From NCBI GenBank assembly GCA_020184695.1, contig JAANOX010000179.1:62001-126000 (forward strand): a DNA stretch of 64,000 nucleotides, read 5' to 3'. The translations under genes and the position numbers were made by a program. The notes beneath the pieces are model-generated. The model had not been told where the DNA came from. It saw nothing but the letters and a program-made list of their open reading frames with translations, and did no database searches. Positions 46,050 to 57,571 of the stretch are shown in pieces; position 1 is the first letter of the stretch, and each line of letters begins with the position of its first letter. This stretch comes from Histomonas meleagridis 2922-C6/04-290x (taxonomy: Eukaryota > Protista > Parabasalia).

Positions 46050-49000
46050 TTATCCTTGAGAATCTTTTAATTTTATTATGTCATCACATTTATGATGTTG
46101 AATTTTGTCTGCAAATAATCGAATAATATCTGCATTTTTCTTTTCTGATGCTATCATAAGCGCTGTTTTATATGTTTATAAGTAATTCCAAATGTTTATA
46201 TGAAATTTCATATTTTTTCAAAATATTTTAAATAAAACAAATAAATATCTTTAGCATTAATATCAATTCCTTCTTGTTCAAGAAGTAATTTAACTATTTC
46301 TGTATAACCATATTGAGATGCATCAATAAGTGCTGTTTCAAATAATTTAAATAAATTCCAAATATTATATTGAAATATTAAATTATTAAAATAAATATTA
46401 AATAAAACAAAAAAATATCTTTATCATTAATATCAATTCCTTCTTGCTCAAGAAGTAATTTAACTATTTCTATATGACCATTTGAAGATGCTAAAATAAG
46501 TGCTGTTTTAAATAATTTCAATAATTTTCAAATATTATTTTGAATTTTCAAATTATTAAAATAAATATTAAATAAAACAAATAAATATCTTTAGCATTAA
46601 TATCAATTCCTTCTTGTTCAAGAAGTAATTTAACTATTTCTGTATAACCATTATAAGATGCCCAAATAAGTGCTGTTCTAAATAATTTCAATAATTTTCA
46701 AATATTATTTTGAATTTTCAAATTATTAAAATAAATATTAAATAAAACAAATAAATATCTTTAGCATTAATATCAATTCCTTCTTGTTCAAGAAGTAATT
46801 TAACTATTTCTATATGACCATTTGAAGATGCTAAAATAAGTGCTGTTTTTAAATAATTTAAATAATTTTTAAATATTATTTTGAATTTTCAAATTATTAA
46901 AATAAATATTAAATAAAAACAAATAAATATCTTTAGCATTAATATCAATTCCTTCTTGTTCAAGAAGTAATTTAACTATTTCTGTATAACCATATTGAGA
47001 TGCATCAATAAGTGCTGTTTCAAATACTTTAAATAAATTCCAAATATTATTTAGAAATATTAAATTATTAAAATAAATATTAAATAAAACAAAAAAATAT
47101 CTTTATCATTAATATCAATTCCTTCTTGCTCAAGAAGTAATTTAACTATTTCTGTATGACCATTCCAAGATGCTAAAATAAGTGCTGTTTTAAATAATTT
47201 AAATAATTTCCAAATATTATTTTGAAATATAAAATTATTAAAATAAATTATAAATAAAACAAATAAATATCTTTATCATTAATATCAATTCCTTCTTGTT
47301 CAAGAAGTAATTGAACTATTTCTGTATGACCATTCCAGTCTGCATACATAATTGCTGTTAGAAATAATTTAAATAATTTCCAAATATTATTTTGAAATAT
47401 AAAATTATTAAAATAAATATTAAATAAAACAAATAAATATCTTTAGCATTAATATCAATTCCTTCTTGTTCAAGAAGTAATTGAACTATTTCTGTATGAC
47501 CATTCCAGTCTGCATACATAATTGCTGTTAGAAATAATTTAAATAATTTCCAAATATTATTTTGAAATATAAAATTATTAAAATAAATTATAAATAAAAC
47601 AAATAAATATCTTTATCATTAATATCAATTCCTTCTTGTTCAAGAAGTAATTTAACTATTTCTATATGACCATTTGAAGATGCTAAAATAAGTGCTGTTC
47701 TAAATAATTTCAATAATTTTCAAATATTATTTTGAAATATAAAATTATTAAAATAAATTATAAATAAAACAAATAAATTTTATCTTTAGCATTAATATCA
47801 ATTCCTTCTTGTTCAAGAAGTAATTTAACTATTTCTGTATAACCATTTTTTGAAGCATTTGTTAGTGCTAAAAATATTTAAATTTAAAATTTTTTATGAA
47901 ACAATAAAATATTTTAATAAAAATCAAATGAAATAAGCAAACAATCTTGCTAAAATCAATGTATCTATTGTTAATTAAATAGTTATAAAGTTCCACATTT
48001 CCAGAAAAACCCGAAATTTTCAAAAAATCAAAAGGAATATGATTACTTTCGAGAAAATATTGAGTAATATATAAATTCCCTGTTATGATTGAAGCAATTA
48101 GAATATTTTCATTTATTTTCATTCCTTCTTTAAGTAAAAATGATAAAAGTTCATAATTATCATGTAAAACACATTTTGCTCCTAATTCTTCTAAATTCTT
48201 AATTTCTTTTAACTTATTATCATAAAAATATTTAAAGATATCATTTCGATGAAATTCTATTGCTGCTTCATATGCATCTTCAAATGTTGAATGATTTTGT
48301 TCACATAAATGAATAATTTCTTCATTTCCACCTGCAACTGCATATTTACCTGTGTTATCTAATTTTGCTCCATTCATAAGTAAATATTTAAAACATTTAA
48401 CTGAAGAAAAAAATGCTGCATAATCAATTAATGTAACATTTTTATGATTAATAAATGAATATCTTTCATAAAGTGATTTTGGAATTGTTTGATTAAAATC
48501 GAAATTTGTTTGTGATGATATTTCTTGAAGTTTTTCTATATCATCATTTCGAATTATTTTCGCAATTTCATTCTGATTTATTCCTTCTTTAACATATTTC
48601 TGATGAAGTTCCCAGTTATTCGCTTTAAGTTTTTCAAGGTTTTTGGAGAAATATTCAGAAAATTGATAACGATGGTTTAAAACGAAATGTGCTTTAAAAT
48701 GTGAAAAATATAAATTTTTCATATTTTTAGTAATCGATGAGTTAATTAAACCTTTTTCTATCAACTTTCCGATAAGATAATTAGATTCTTGTGAGTTATT
48801 TTTCAGAAGGAATTGAGAAAAGATGTCAATTATTTTAACTTGATTTTTATTTACATCTCGTTCAATTAAATTCAAAAACTCAATAATTATATCTATATTT
48901 TTCAATCTTGTTACAAACAAAGTGTAAATGAAACGGCAGATGATCAAGTTGAATGAATACGTTCGTGAATTATCATAAAATTTGCGTAATGAAGAAACAG

Positions 49001-49088
49001 ATGTATCAAGATTGTTTGTATTTATGTTATAAATTATTTCTGTAAGTGCAATTAAGTCTGGAAAGGAATTTATCTTTGATGTGCTCAT
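46050..49088 (-). CDS. DUF3447/ankyrin gene with intact N-terminal ORF, 11 insert-separated ankyrin modules and a C-terminal cap
   Basis: ORF 47868-49088; modules from about 47870 down to 46169, all stop-free; cap KTALMIASEKKNADIIRLF...QG ends at TAA 46050-46052; TCATT upstream of ATG. Confidence 0.85.
46170..47950 (-). repeat. Tandem array of 11 ankyrin-module plus insert units
   Basis: 170-nt period; inserts mostly 77 nt, one 80 nt, one 79 nt. Confidence 0.95.
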
Positions 49089-49588
49089 TCCAATGCTGTT
49101 AAATGACGCTGGAAAAATTTTTAATGGACATGTGATATGAATTTTTATATAAAATTATAATAAATAAAAACATAGAATGAACTTCATGATGAAATCCATT
49201 CACATATTTAATTTTATTTGGAATACTTAAATTTTCATTATTCATTAAAACTTTATTATCTTTCTGCCATCCCATAGGCAGCTTATCATTTATCTCATAT
49301 GCTTGAAGTTTTTCATTAAAAAATATTTCATTATTCAACCAAAACGCATCCATCTTGCTCAAATTTTTTTATGAAAATCTTCTGAATCTTCTCTTATCTT
49401 TTTCCGAAGGAAGCAAAACCTAATTCAAAAAGTTGAAAATCCAATTTTTTTCAAATAAAAATGACGGTTGAAAACCGCTACAAATGATGAGATTGGAACA
49501 ATTGCTAAACGAAACTTGTTCGATTTCAGGATATGTGAGAAAAAATAAATTTTTACCATTTATTATATTCATTTTCCATTTTAGATCA

Positions 49589-50434
49589 TATCCATTCGAG
49601 TCTAATAAAAAACATATCTGCTTAAATTATTACAGCTGTTTGCTTTTTGTTTGGCTTGCTTCACAAAAGTAAATGTCCGAGATTGAGAAGTTTACAAATG
49701 CTTTACAAAACAAATGTCTTGCTAAACGTTTAAATTGTCTACCACCCTAAAATAAATATCTCGCTTTACAAAAAGTAAATGTCTCGCTTAATAAGTAATT
49801 AAAGTAAATATCTGCATTTTTGAATTGTTTATTTTTCCTATTTTATATTCTTAAATAGTGCATTTTTATAATGAATACTCGAAAATAAATTAAATTATTT
49901 ATACAAATTATTAAACTTTAATTATAAACCCTATGTTCACGGAAAAATATCAAAAAACCAAATTTTTAAAAAAAATGTATAATCATTTGATTTTTAATTT
50001 TTTAAAAAAAATCAATGCTCAAAATAATCTCTATATCATCATAGATATGTTTTATGAATTTAAAATGTTTTTCCTAAAATATATGGAGAGAAAAAATAAA
50101 TTTAATTTGGTGCTCATCACACCTGTACCCCTCTATAGGGCAAAAAAATAATGTAGGCACAAATAATTCAAATAAAGTCTCGTGTCAAATTTATTTTATT
50201 CAATTTTTGGATATTTACTTTTGTAAAAAAAAATATTCTTTTTTACAAGCGTCACTTTTTTGCCAATTACTTTTGTAAAAGAAGAGAATCTTTTTGATAG
50301 GATAGACAATTTTTTTGTAAGGCATTTGTAAACTTCTCAATAACAGACATTTGCTTCTGTGAAGCAAGCCAAACAAAAAGCAAACAGCTGTAATAATTTG
50401 AGCAGATATGTTTTTTATTAGACTCGAATGGATA
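49589..50434. repeat. About 130-bp inverted repeat pair (49589-49720 / 50304-50434), foldback/MITE-like
   Basis: Arms read directly; both yield the pseudo-peptide YPFESNKKHICxNYYSCLLFVWLASQK on opposite strands; partial third copy near 50520-50552. Confidence 0.85.
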
Positions 50435-52708
50435 AATTACTTTTCCAAAACAAGACAATATTTTTGTTATTCAGGTGATTTATTTTGTAGATGTGTCACT
50501 TTTCGGATATTTACTTTTGTAAAGCAAGCCAAACAAAAAGCAAACAGCTGTATTAGAAAAAATATGGTACAGTGCCGGCCACAAAAATTTGACCATTGGA
50601 AGCTAAAAATTGTCCACTTTTTAACGTTTTTTAAACGTTTTCTGCCAGGACATTCATGAATCTTTATCCATCAGTCATTAAAAATTGTCCACTTTTAGCC
50701 GTCGGAGACCAACGGCTCATTTTCAAAAAAATGTCATATTACTCCAATGAAAATTAAGTACAAAAAGTTAATGTATTTTCGTTGTTAAGGGCCACCCTTG
50801 ATGAGCCGAATTATAAAAAAGGTCTGTTTTTAAAATTACAAGAATTTTTTTTAGCAAACAAAATTTTAATGTAATAAAATGTGGTATAAAATATAAATTT
50901 CAGCATTATTAATGATCTTATTTGAGATTCAATGTGATTAGATGTTAATCATAAAAATTCGAAAGGAAGAGAGGAAAAAATTAATCAGGTGAGACAAAAG
51001 TCGATTCTCAAGCAATATTTAAAGGTTATATAAATGCATAAAATATATATATCAACTGTTTTAATTTTTTCGCACTTAATTTTCATTGGATTAATCGAAA
51101 ACACGAAAAAATATAACACATAAATAATATCGATGAATGATAAATAATTCAAAATATTTTATACTGAACTTAGAATTGCCAATGAAATATATGAAAATGA
51201 TCACAAAATTACCTCATTATAACTATTATGTTATAGTCATCTGTCAGAAATGTTCAAGGTTCACCATCATAATATACAGCAGAAAATTTTCATGGATGTT
51301 TGTTCATGATGTTGGTTGTATCCGATTTATTATCAAAATTGTGTGTTACAAGTTTACAACGATATTTCAATTAATTAACCGAATCACTGACAACGGTTTT
51401 GATAGAAAATTGTCAACTTCGAAAAACCATTTTTTTTAATGACTTCAGAAGTGCCGCGAAGCAAATTCCCAAATATAAGAATCGACCAAAATGCAAAGAA
51501 CAAAAGAAGCAAATTAATCCTTTGGGATTCTGCTGAATGGGCGATGAATGCTTATCCTAATCAAAATGTTTATCATAAGCCTCTTATATTCCTACGAAGC
51601 CGTACTAAGCAGGAGTTAGAAAAAAGTTCACTTTTGATCAAAAGTTCATCACTTACAAACAATCTCTAGAGATTCAACTCAATGAATCGAATTGTTTAAA
51701 GTACACCTTGTTTTCTTCGATTCCTGGGACGAAGTAAATTAAAAAATAACATGGTTTTAGACTTTTTTGTTCAACTTTTATATCTATTTTCTTCCAGCGT
51801 CTCCGATGATATGCCAATCCAGAATACATTCAATTTTGAGATAAAACGGGTGCATCATTCACAGAAAATTTCTGTCATAAATCTTTGAAATTGAAAACTG
51901 CAGTTCACAAATTCAAAACATTAACCACTGACAGATTTTGACATGAACTTGCTTCCAAGTTGAAAATTTCGAAACAAGATAAACTGCAAAAAAGGAACAA
52001 ATGTGGTTGTGTGATTTGTGGCTAATATCTTTTTTTGTGCATGCACACGTTGAATGTTAGATTTTTTGGTTTGACATTAAAACCAATTCATATCATTTTT
52101 ATTACTGCATTGTCACAAGACACATGAATACACCTATGCACGTGGAAAGTAAATTTGTTCTTTCAAATGTTTTACCTGCATTTCAAAAAAAGAAGAGCTA
52201 GAAAACCAATGATATGGCCCACCTATGAGCAATGAAATGTGCCGATCATGGGTAAGATATTTCGGATATATATGGATATTTATTTTGAAATTGTGAAAAA
52301 TAATGATCATTTTTAATTGCTAAACACCAAATTGGTTTTTCGATAAACTATTCAAATTCAGTCAAAAATACGAATTGAATCTATTTTTTATTTCTTACTC
52401 ACTACTAATATATGTTGAAGTGTTAATTGGTTATGCGATATTGTTCAATTGTATAAATTGACTCAATTTTATTAGATAGACAAAATTATTATGAGATCAT
52501 TCGGAAACATAAATATATTCACGAAAACCTTAAATATCTGGTCCGGTAATATTTATTTCTTTCACTTGGTTGTCGTTATCTTCTGGTAAATGAGAAATAA
52601 TCAAGCATCATCGACATTTTTTATTTCAATGAGGAATAAAAGGCAAATGACAGCGGTTAAATTCAACAAGTGATCGTTCGCATGGCAACGGTTAAAGAAT
52701 AGATCGAA

Positions 52709-55210
52709 ATGAGCAGCTCAAGGAATAATTCCAAAGGATATCTATCAATAGAACTCCCACCTTTAAGGGGAGAACTTGCGATGTTCCTTGATGCTATTTC
52801 TTTAAATGACCAAAATTCAAAAAATTATTTACATACAGCTCATCAACATATCAATCATTTAAAAGTTCTTCTTGATTATACCATTGAGCAAGCAGAAGTA
52901 GAGCGTTCGAACATTGAGAAAAGTTTAAGATTAAAGCCTAAAATTCCTGCATTTCTAGATCATTCACTAATTTATGCACATAAAAAGCAAATTCATCTCA
53001 CCATAAAGTACCACCGTATTAAGCATGATATATTTGCCCAAAATACATCAGATATTTCTCAACTATTAATCTTTCTTGAAACAGCCACTAACATGAATGC
53101 GCCTATCCAGTTCAAATATGAACAATTCCTACAAACTATCCAACTTTCCAATAACAAAGATATATCTAAGTACGAACGTCGAATCAAATCTTTAAATTTT
53201 TATCTTAAACGGACAATTCGTTATACTCTACCCGAAGTTACATCAGCAGAACTCCTCCAGGAGCTTAACAAGGTATCAGCCGATGTTGATATGTCATTAG
53301 AATATGTTCCACCAAATTCATTTGATGATTTGTTCATGGCATATTCGATCAGGAACAAGCTCATAATCAAATTCCAGCAACTTGCGAAACAAATGCCTCA
53401 GTTTGGCTCCACTTTTTCGAACAAAAAATCCAACAAATCAATCAAGCGAACATCTTCTGGAAATAATATCAAATCACGAAAAAATAGCATTGAGGACGGA
53501 AAGAAAAAGGAAATCAATGAAGAGCAGAAAGAAGGTGATGAAAAAACAGAAGAAACAATCAAAGATGAAGAAAATGAAAATATAAAAACAGAAGAAACAA
53601 TTAAAGATGTGGAAAGTGATAAAGATAAAACTGAAGAAATAGTTAAAGATGTGGAAAGCGAAGAAAAAGACAAAGCTGAAGAAGTTGTTGAGAATATCGA
53701 AAATGAAAAAGAAAATGGAAAAACTGAAGAAATTGCTCAAAATATCGAAAATGAAGAAAAGGAAAATGTTAAAGCTGAAGAAAATGTGGAAAGTGAAAAC
53801 AACGAAAACGAAAGCAATGAAGAGGAAACAAAAGAAAATAATGTCAATGAAGAAAACGATAAACAAACTATTCAGGAAGAAGAAGAAAAGAAAGAAATGG
53901 AAACTGAAGAAAAAGTCGAAGAGAAAACTGAAGAACATAAAAATGAAACTAAAGAAGAAATAGAAAATGTCAACAGCGAAGAAGAAAAGGACGAAAAGTT
54001 AGAAGAAGAAGAAGAAGAAGAAAACGAAATTATCACTTCAGAAGAACAAGTTAAATCTGAAGACAAAACTTCAGAAAATGAAACCGAACACGAAGAAGAA
54101 GAAACAACTAATGAAGCAGAACATAAAGAAGAAATAACTATTGATGAAACACAACAAAACGAAACTGAAGCTGAAGCAGAACACGAAGAGGAAAACGAAA
54201 CAAAATCCGAAGAAAAAGAAATATCAAAAGAAGAAGAAACTGAACACGAAGCAAAACAAGAAAACGAAATAAATTCCGAAGAAACCGAATCCGAACCAAA
54301 AGAAGAAAGCAATGAAACGAATACTGAAGAAACCGAATTCGAATCGAAAGACGAAAGCAATGAAACCAAATGCGAAGAAAAAGAAACAAATCACGAAGAA
54401 GTGCAAAGTGCCGAAGAAGAACACGAAACTAAACACGAAGAAGAAGACAAAAAAGAATCAGTTGAAGATGAATCGAATTCCGAATTATTGCATATTAATA
54501 ACGACAACGACAATGAAGAAGAAGAAGACATTGACGCCGAACTCCTTAAGCACAAATACGATTTTCGTGACTTTGATGTATTTGTCCAATTTTTCTTCAT
54601 ATCGCTTCAGCAAGGCGGCAAGATCGACAAGAAGTCATTCATTGTCATTCGTTGTGCATGTATTCGAGTATTATTTGATATATATTATGCAGATAATGAC
54701 AACATCATGTTAAGCGAGCCATGCACCCCAGACTTCATTAAGAAGTGTGAAATTGCGCAACAATTAACACCATCGCAATTAAGTATTAGTTCGGAAATAT
54801 TTGGCGACTTATATAAGAATGTTCCAATGTGGAAGATTAGCTCTGGTACACAGCCATTCTTCGAAGCTTCTGATCACATATTCATGGCCCAGTTAATGAT
54901 AAATCCATTGGATATCGCAGCAAAAATGTTTCAAGCTATGAAATCACTTGAAAGAGCTGCAAAAGGATTCGCTTATACAACCCAAAAACAAAAGGGTAAA
55001 GACGTCGGGTTGGACGTAATCGATTTGTCTTTCGACGATTTGTTCTCAATGTTAATACCTGCGTTCACTTTGAGGCCTTTTGTTTGTCCTGACGCAATTA
55101 AACGATTCTTGTCATTGTTCGCAGATTTGAAAATATCGGCAACATTGGATTACGCAAAAGTGTCAACGTGCGCTTTGATTGATCACGTGGAAGAAATAGA
55201 AATTAAGTGA
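52709..55210 (+). CDS. Large protein with about 330-aa Glu/Lys/Asn-rich disordered insertion and possible VPS9-like C-terminus
   Basis: Open 833-aa ORF; C-terminal INPLDIA..MFQAM..L...LSFDDLFSMLIP resembles VPS9 helices. Confidence 0.6.
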   Translation: MSSSRNNSKGYLSIELPPLRGELAMFLDAISLNDQNSKNYLHTAHQHINHLKVLLDYTIEQAEVERSNIEKSLRLKPKIPAFLDHSLIYAHKKQIHLTIKYHRIKHDIFAQNTSDISQLLIFLETATNMNAPIQFKYEQFLQTIQLSNNKDISKYERRIKSLNFYLKRTIRYTLPEVTSAELLQELNKVSADVDMSLEYVPPNSFDDLFMAYSIRNKLIIKFQQLAKQMPQFGSTFSNKKSNKSIKRTSSGNNIKSRKNSIEDGKKKEINEEQKEGDEKTEETIKDEENENIKTEETIKDVESDKDKTEEIVKDVESEEKDKAEEVVENIENEKENGKTEEIAQNIENEEKENVKAEENVESENNENESNEEETKENNVNEENDKQTIQEEEEKKEMETEEKVEEKTEEHKNETKEEIENVNSEEEKDEKLEEEEEEENEIITSEEQVKSEDKTSENETEHEEEETTNEAEHKEEITIDETQQNETEAEAEHEEENETKSEEKEISKEEETEHEAKQENEINSEETESEPKEESNETNTEETEFESKDESNETKCEEKETNHEEVQSAEEEHETKHEEEDKKESVEDESNSELLHINNDNDNEEEEDIDAELLKHKYDFRDFDVFVQFFFISLQQGGKIDKKSFIVIRCACIRVLFDIYYADNDNIMLSEPCTPDFIKKCEIAQQLTPSQLSISSEIFGDLYKNVPMWKISSGTQPFFEASDHIFMAQLMINPLDIAAKMFQAMKSLERAAKGFAYTTQKQKGKDVGLDVIDLSFDDLFSMLIPAFTLRPFVCPDAIKRFLSLFADLKISATLDYAKVSTCALIDHVEEIEIK

Positions 55211-56330
55211 TTGTGTGGAATTTATTATTAAATAATAAATAATAAAATGAAAATTTTCATTTAATAAATGCGCTTTAAATATTGAATATATGAAAATGGA
55301 TACGTTTTGGTGGAGAAGAAGAACACATAAGTTTGGGATAGAAAATAATCTCTATGTGATTATAATTATTGATTGGATTATATATATGATTAATAATAAT
55401 GTAAATAATGATAAATAACAGCTCCGATAGAGTTTTTCGTTTGATAAATAAGATTATTATAAACTAATAATTATAGTATTATAATACTATAGTCAATATT
55501 TATATTAATGTTGCTAATTTGGGATATTTTGTTTGCCCAGGGCTTTCTAAAAAACAAGCTTGAGTCACAATTATCAATTCTTTTTATTCTTCATCATATT
55601 GTATAAACTATTATAATATCATAATATCATAAGGATACTAAATTTTTTATGAATAGCTTTATAAAAAATTATATGGGAATTACTTATTATTTTTGATATG
55701 ATGTAAAATGAAATAATACTTTTTGCATTGAATTCGTTTAAAATTTAATAACACAAAAATGAGTGATATCATTTGTCGATTCTTTTCAGTGTAAAACACA
55801 AGAATCACGATATCTTTTTGAAAAAAAAAATTTTTTTTCAGATCTGAGTTTCATAGATTATTAATAACCATTATTAATGAATTTATTTGGTAATAAATTC
55901 AACAAAATATTTTTTTACATTACAAAACAAATGATGAAAGCAAATGATATTATTGGAGAGATTCATTTTACGAAGTATTTTGAAAAATATGAGAATTATC
56001 AAAAAAATTAATATTGGGAAAATTATAAGTGATAAGTATGTTAAGGAGCTAACCAGCATCCGACTGCCTATTTCAGCTTTCTTCTTCTTCTCCTGATGTA
56101 AGTGAAATGTGTTTATCTTTAATAATGACATTTTTATTTGTTATCGTTGGCAATATTATTACGTAAAGAAAATTGTTTTAAATCAGTTTCACCACATGAT
56201 CAAAATTTAATAAAACTTTCTGTAAAAATCTCATCCTGAATTGATATCGTCTTTTTTGAGTTTGGAGTGGTTTATTTGACAAAAATATTTTGAAAGAAAT
56301 AATAAATGCCAAGAAATCTTTCAATTAAAT

Positions 56331-57032
56331 ATGGAGATAGAAAAAGAGGAAAATGAATCTGAAGTATGCGAAGAAATTATTGAGCCACCACAAATGCCAA
56401 AGAAAGAAGAAACCGAAATTCTTGTTAAAAAAAATACCAATAAATCAGTACCACAATTTCTTATGAATCCAAGAGAATATCATATAACAAAAAATGATTT
56501 AGTTTGCTTGGTCACACTTGCCAAGCTTAATGATGAAGTTATCAATTCATATTTAGTTTATTTACATAATAAATTCAAAGGTAGAATAGGAATGACAAAT
56601 TCTTTTTTCATGCAAAAACTATTGAGGGATGGAAGTCCTTCAGCTTTCCAATGGGAAGGAATCAAAGGAAGTCCTATAACGTTGTATCAAAAATTCATCA
56701 TTCCTGTTACGACCGGAAGTCATTGGTTTTTGATATGCATCTCAATGGAAAAAAAGAAGATTTTCTTTTTAGATTCGTGTAGTCGCCCAGTTCCCAAGCA
56801 AAAATATGTCAGGGCAATCAATGAATTTTTAAAATTTCAAAATTCTCCTAAATTTAAAGCGCAAAACACAACTGTTCCGAAACAAAAAAACTCATATGAT
56901 TGTGGTGCCTTTATGCTTTATTATGCTGAGAATATTTATAATGGCGTGAAACAAATCGGTTCATTTAATCAAAAAGAAGTTCCAATGTACCGACAAAAAA
57001 TTTATGATATTTTGATACAATTTGTACATTAA
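56331..57032 (+). CDS. Ulp1/SENP-family (C48) SUMO/NEDD8 protease
   Basis: LNDEVINSYL, IIPVTTGSHWFL (His), FLDS (Asp), PKQKNSYDCGAFML (Gln, Cys). Confidence 0.93.
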   Translation: MEIEKEENESEVCEEIIEPPQMPKKEETEILVKKNTNKSVPQFLMNPREYHITKNDLVCLVTLAKLNDEVINSYLVYLHNKFKGRIGMTNSFFMQKLLRDGSPSAFQWEGIKGSPITLYQKFIIPVTTGSHWFLICISMEKKKIFFLDSCSRPVPKQKYVRAINEFLKFQNSPKFKAQNTTVPKQKNSYDCGAFMLYYAENIYNGVKQIGSFNQKEVPMYRQKIYDILIQFVH

Positions 57033-57571
57033 GTAGAAGTATTATTACTTTTGTTTGTAAAATATATATAAATTGTTATAGAATAAAAAACATTATGAAT
57101 TTTTATTATAATTTTCTAATATACACAAATTTTTTAGAGAAAATTAACTTAAAATTGTTATTTCATGGTTAAAATGTTTTGAAAAAAATAAATAAAAATA
57201 AAAACAATGCGTAAAAATATAATCACATGAATTACATATATTTGTTTCATTTTTTAATATTTATTATTATCTTTTTGTATTTGCATGAAATATTTTTTTT
57301 TTATGCTTATATATTGTGGGTTATATATTTTAATAAGATTTTTTATCTTCAAATTAGTGATAAATTCAAATCAAAACAAAGGGTACAAAACTTTATTTAT
57401 GGAATGACATGTTTTGAACTCATTCTTCTTTGATTTCAATCAGGGATATTTTGTCATAAATTTAATCTTAATATTGTGAGATATGACAAAAATATTTTGA
57501 TAGTGTTTAAGTGTGGCATATTTTGCAAAACATTTTTTTCAATACTTTACATATAATTGCAAAAAAGCCAA

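Noticed and set aside
51137-52260. Short ORFs and Cys/His-containing fragments
   Set aside because: Could not be assembled into a recognisable gene in any frame.
53382-54713. Many F/S-rich antisense and K-rich alternative-frame ORFs
   Set aside because: Shadows of the Glu-rich low-complexity CDS.
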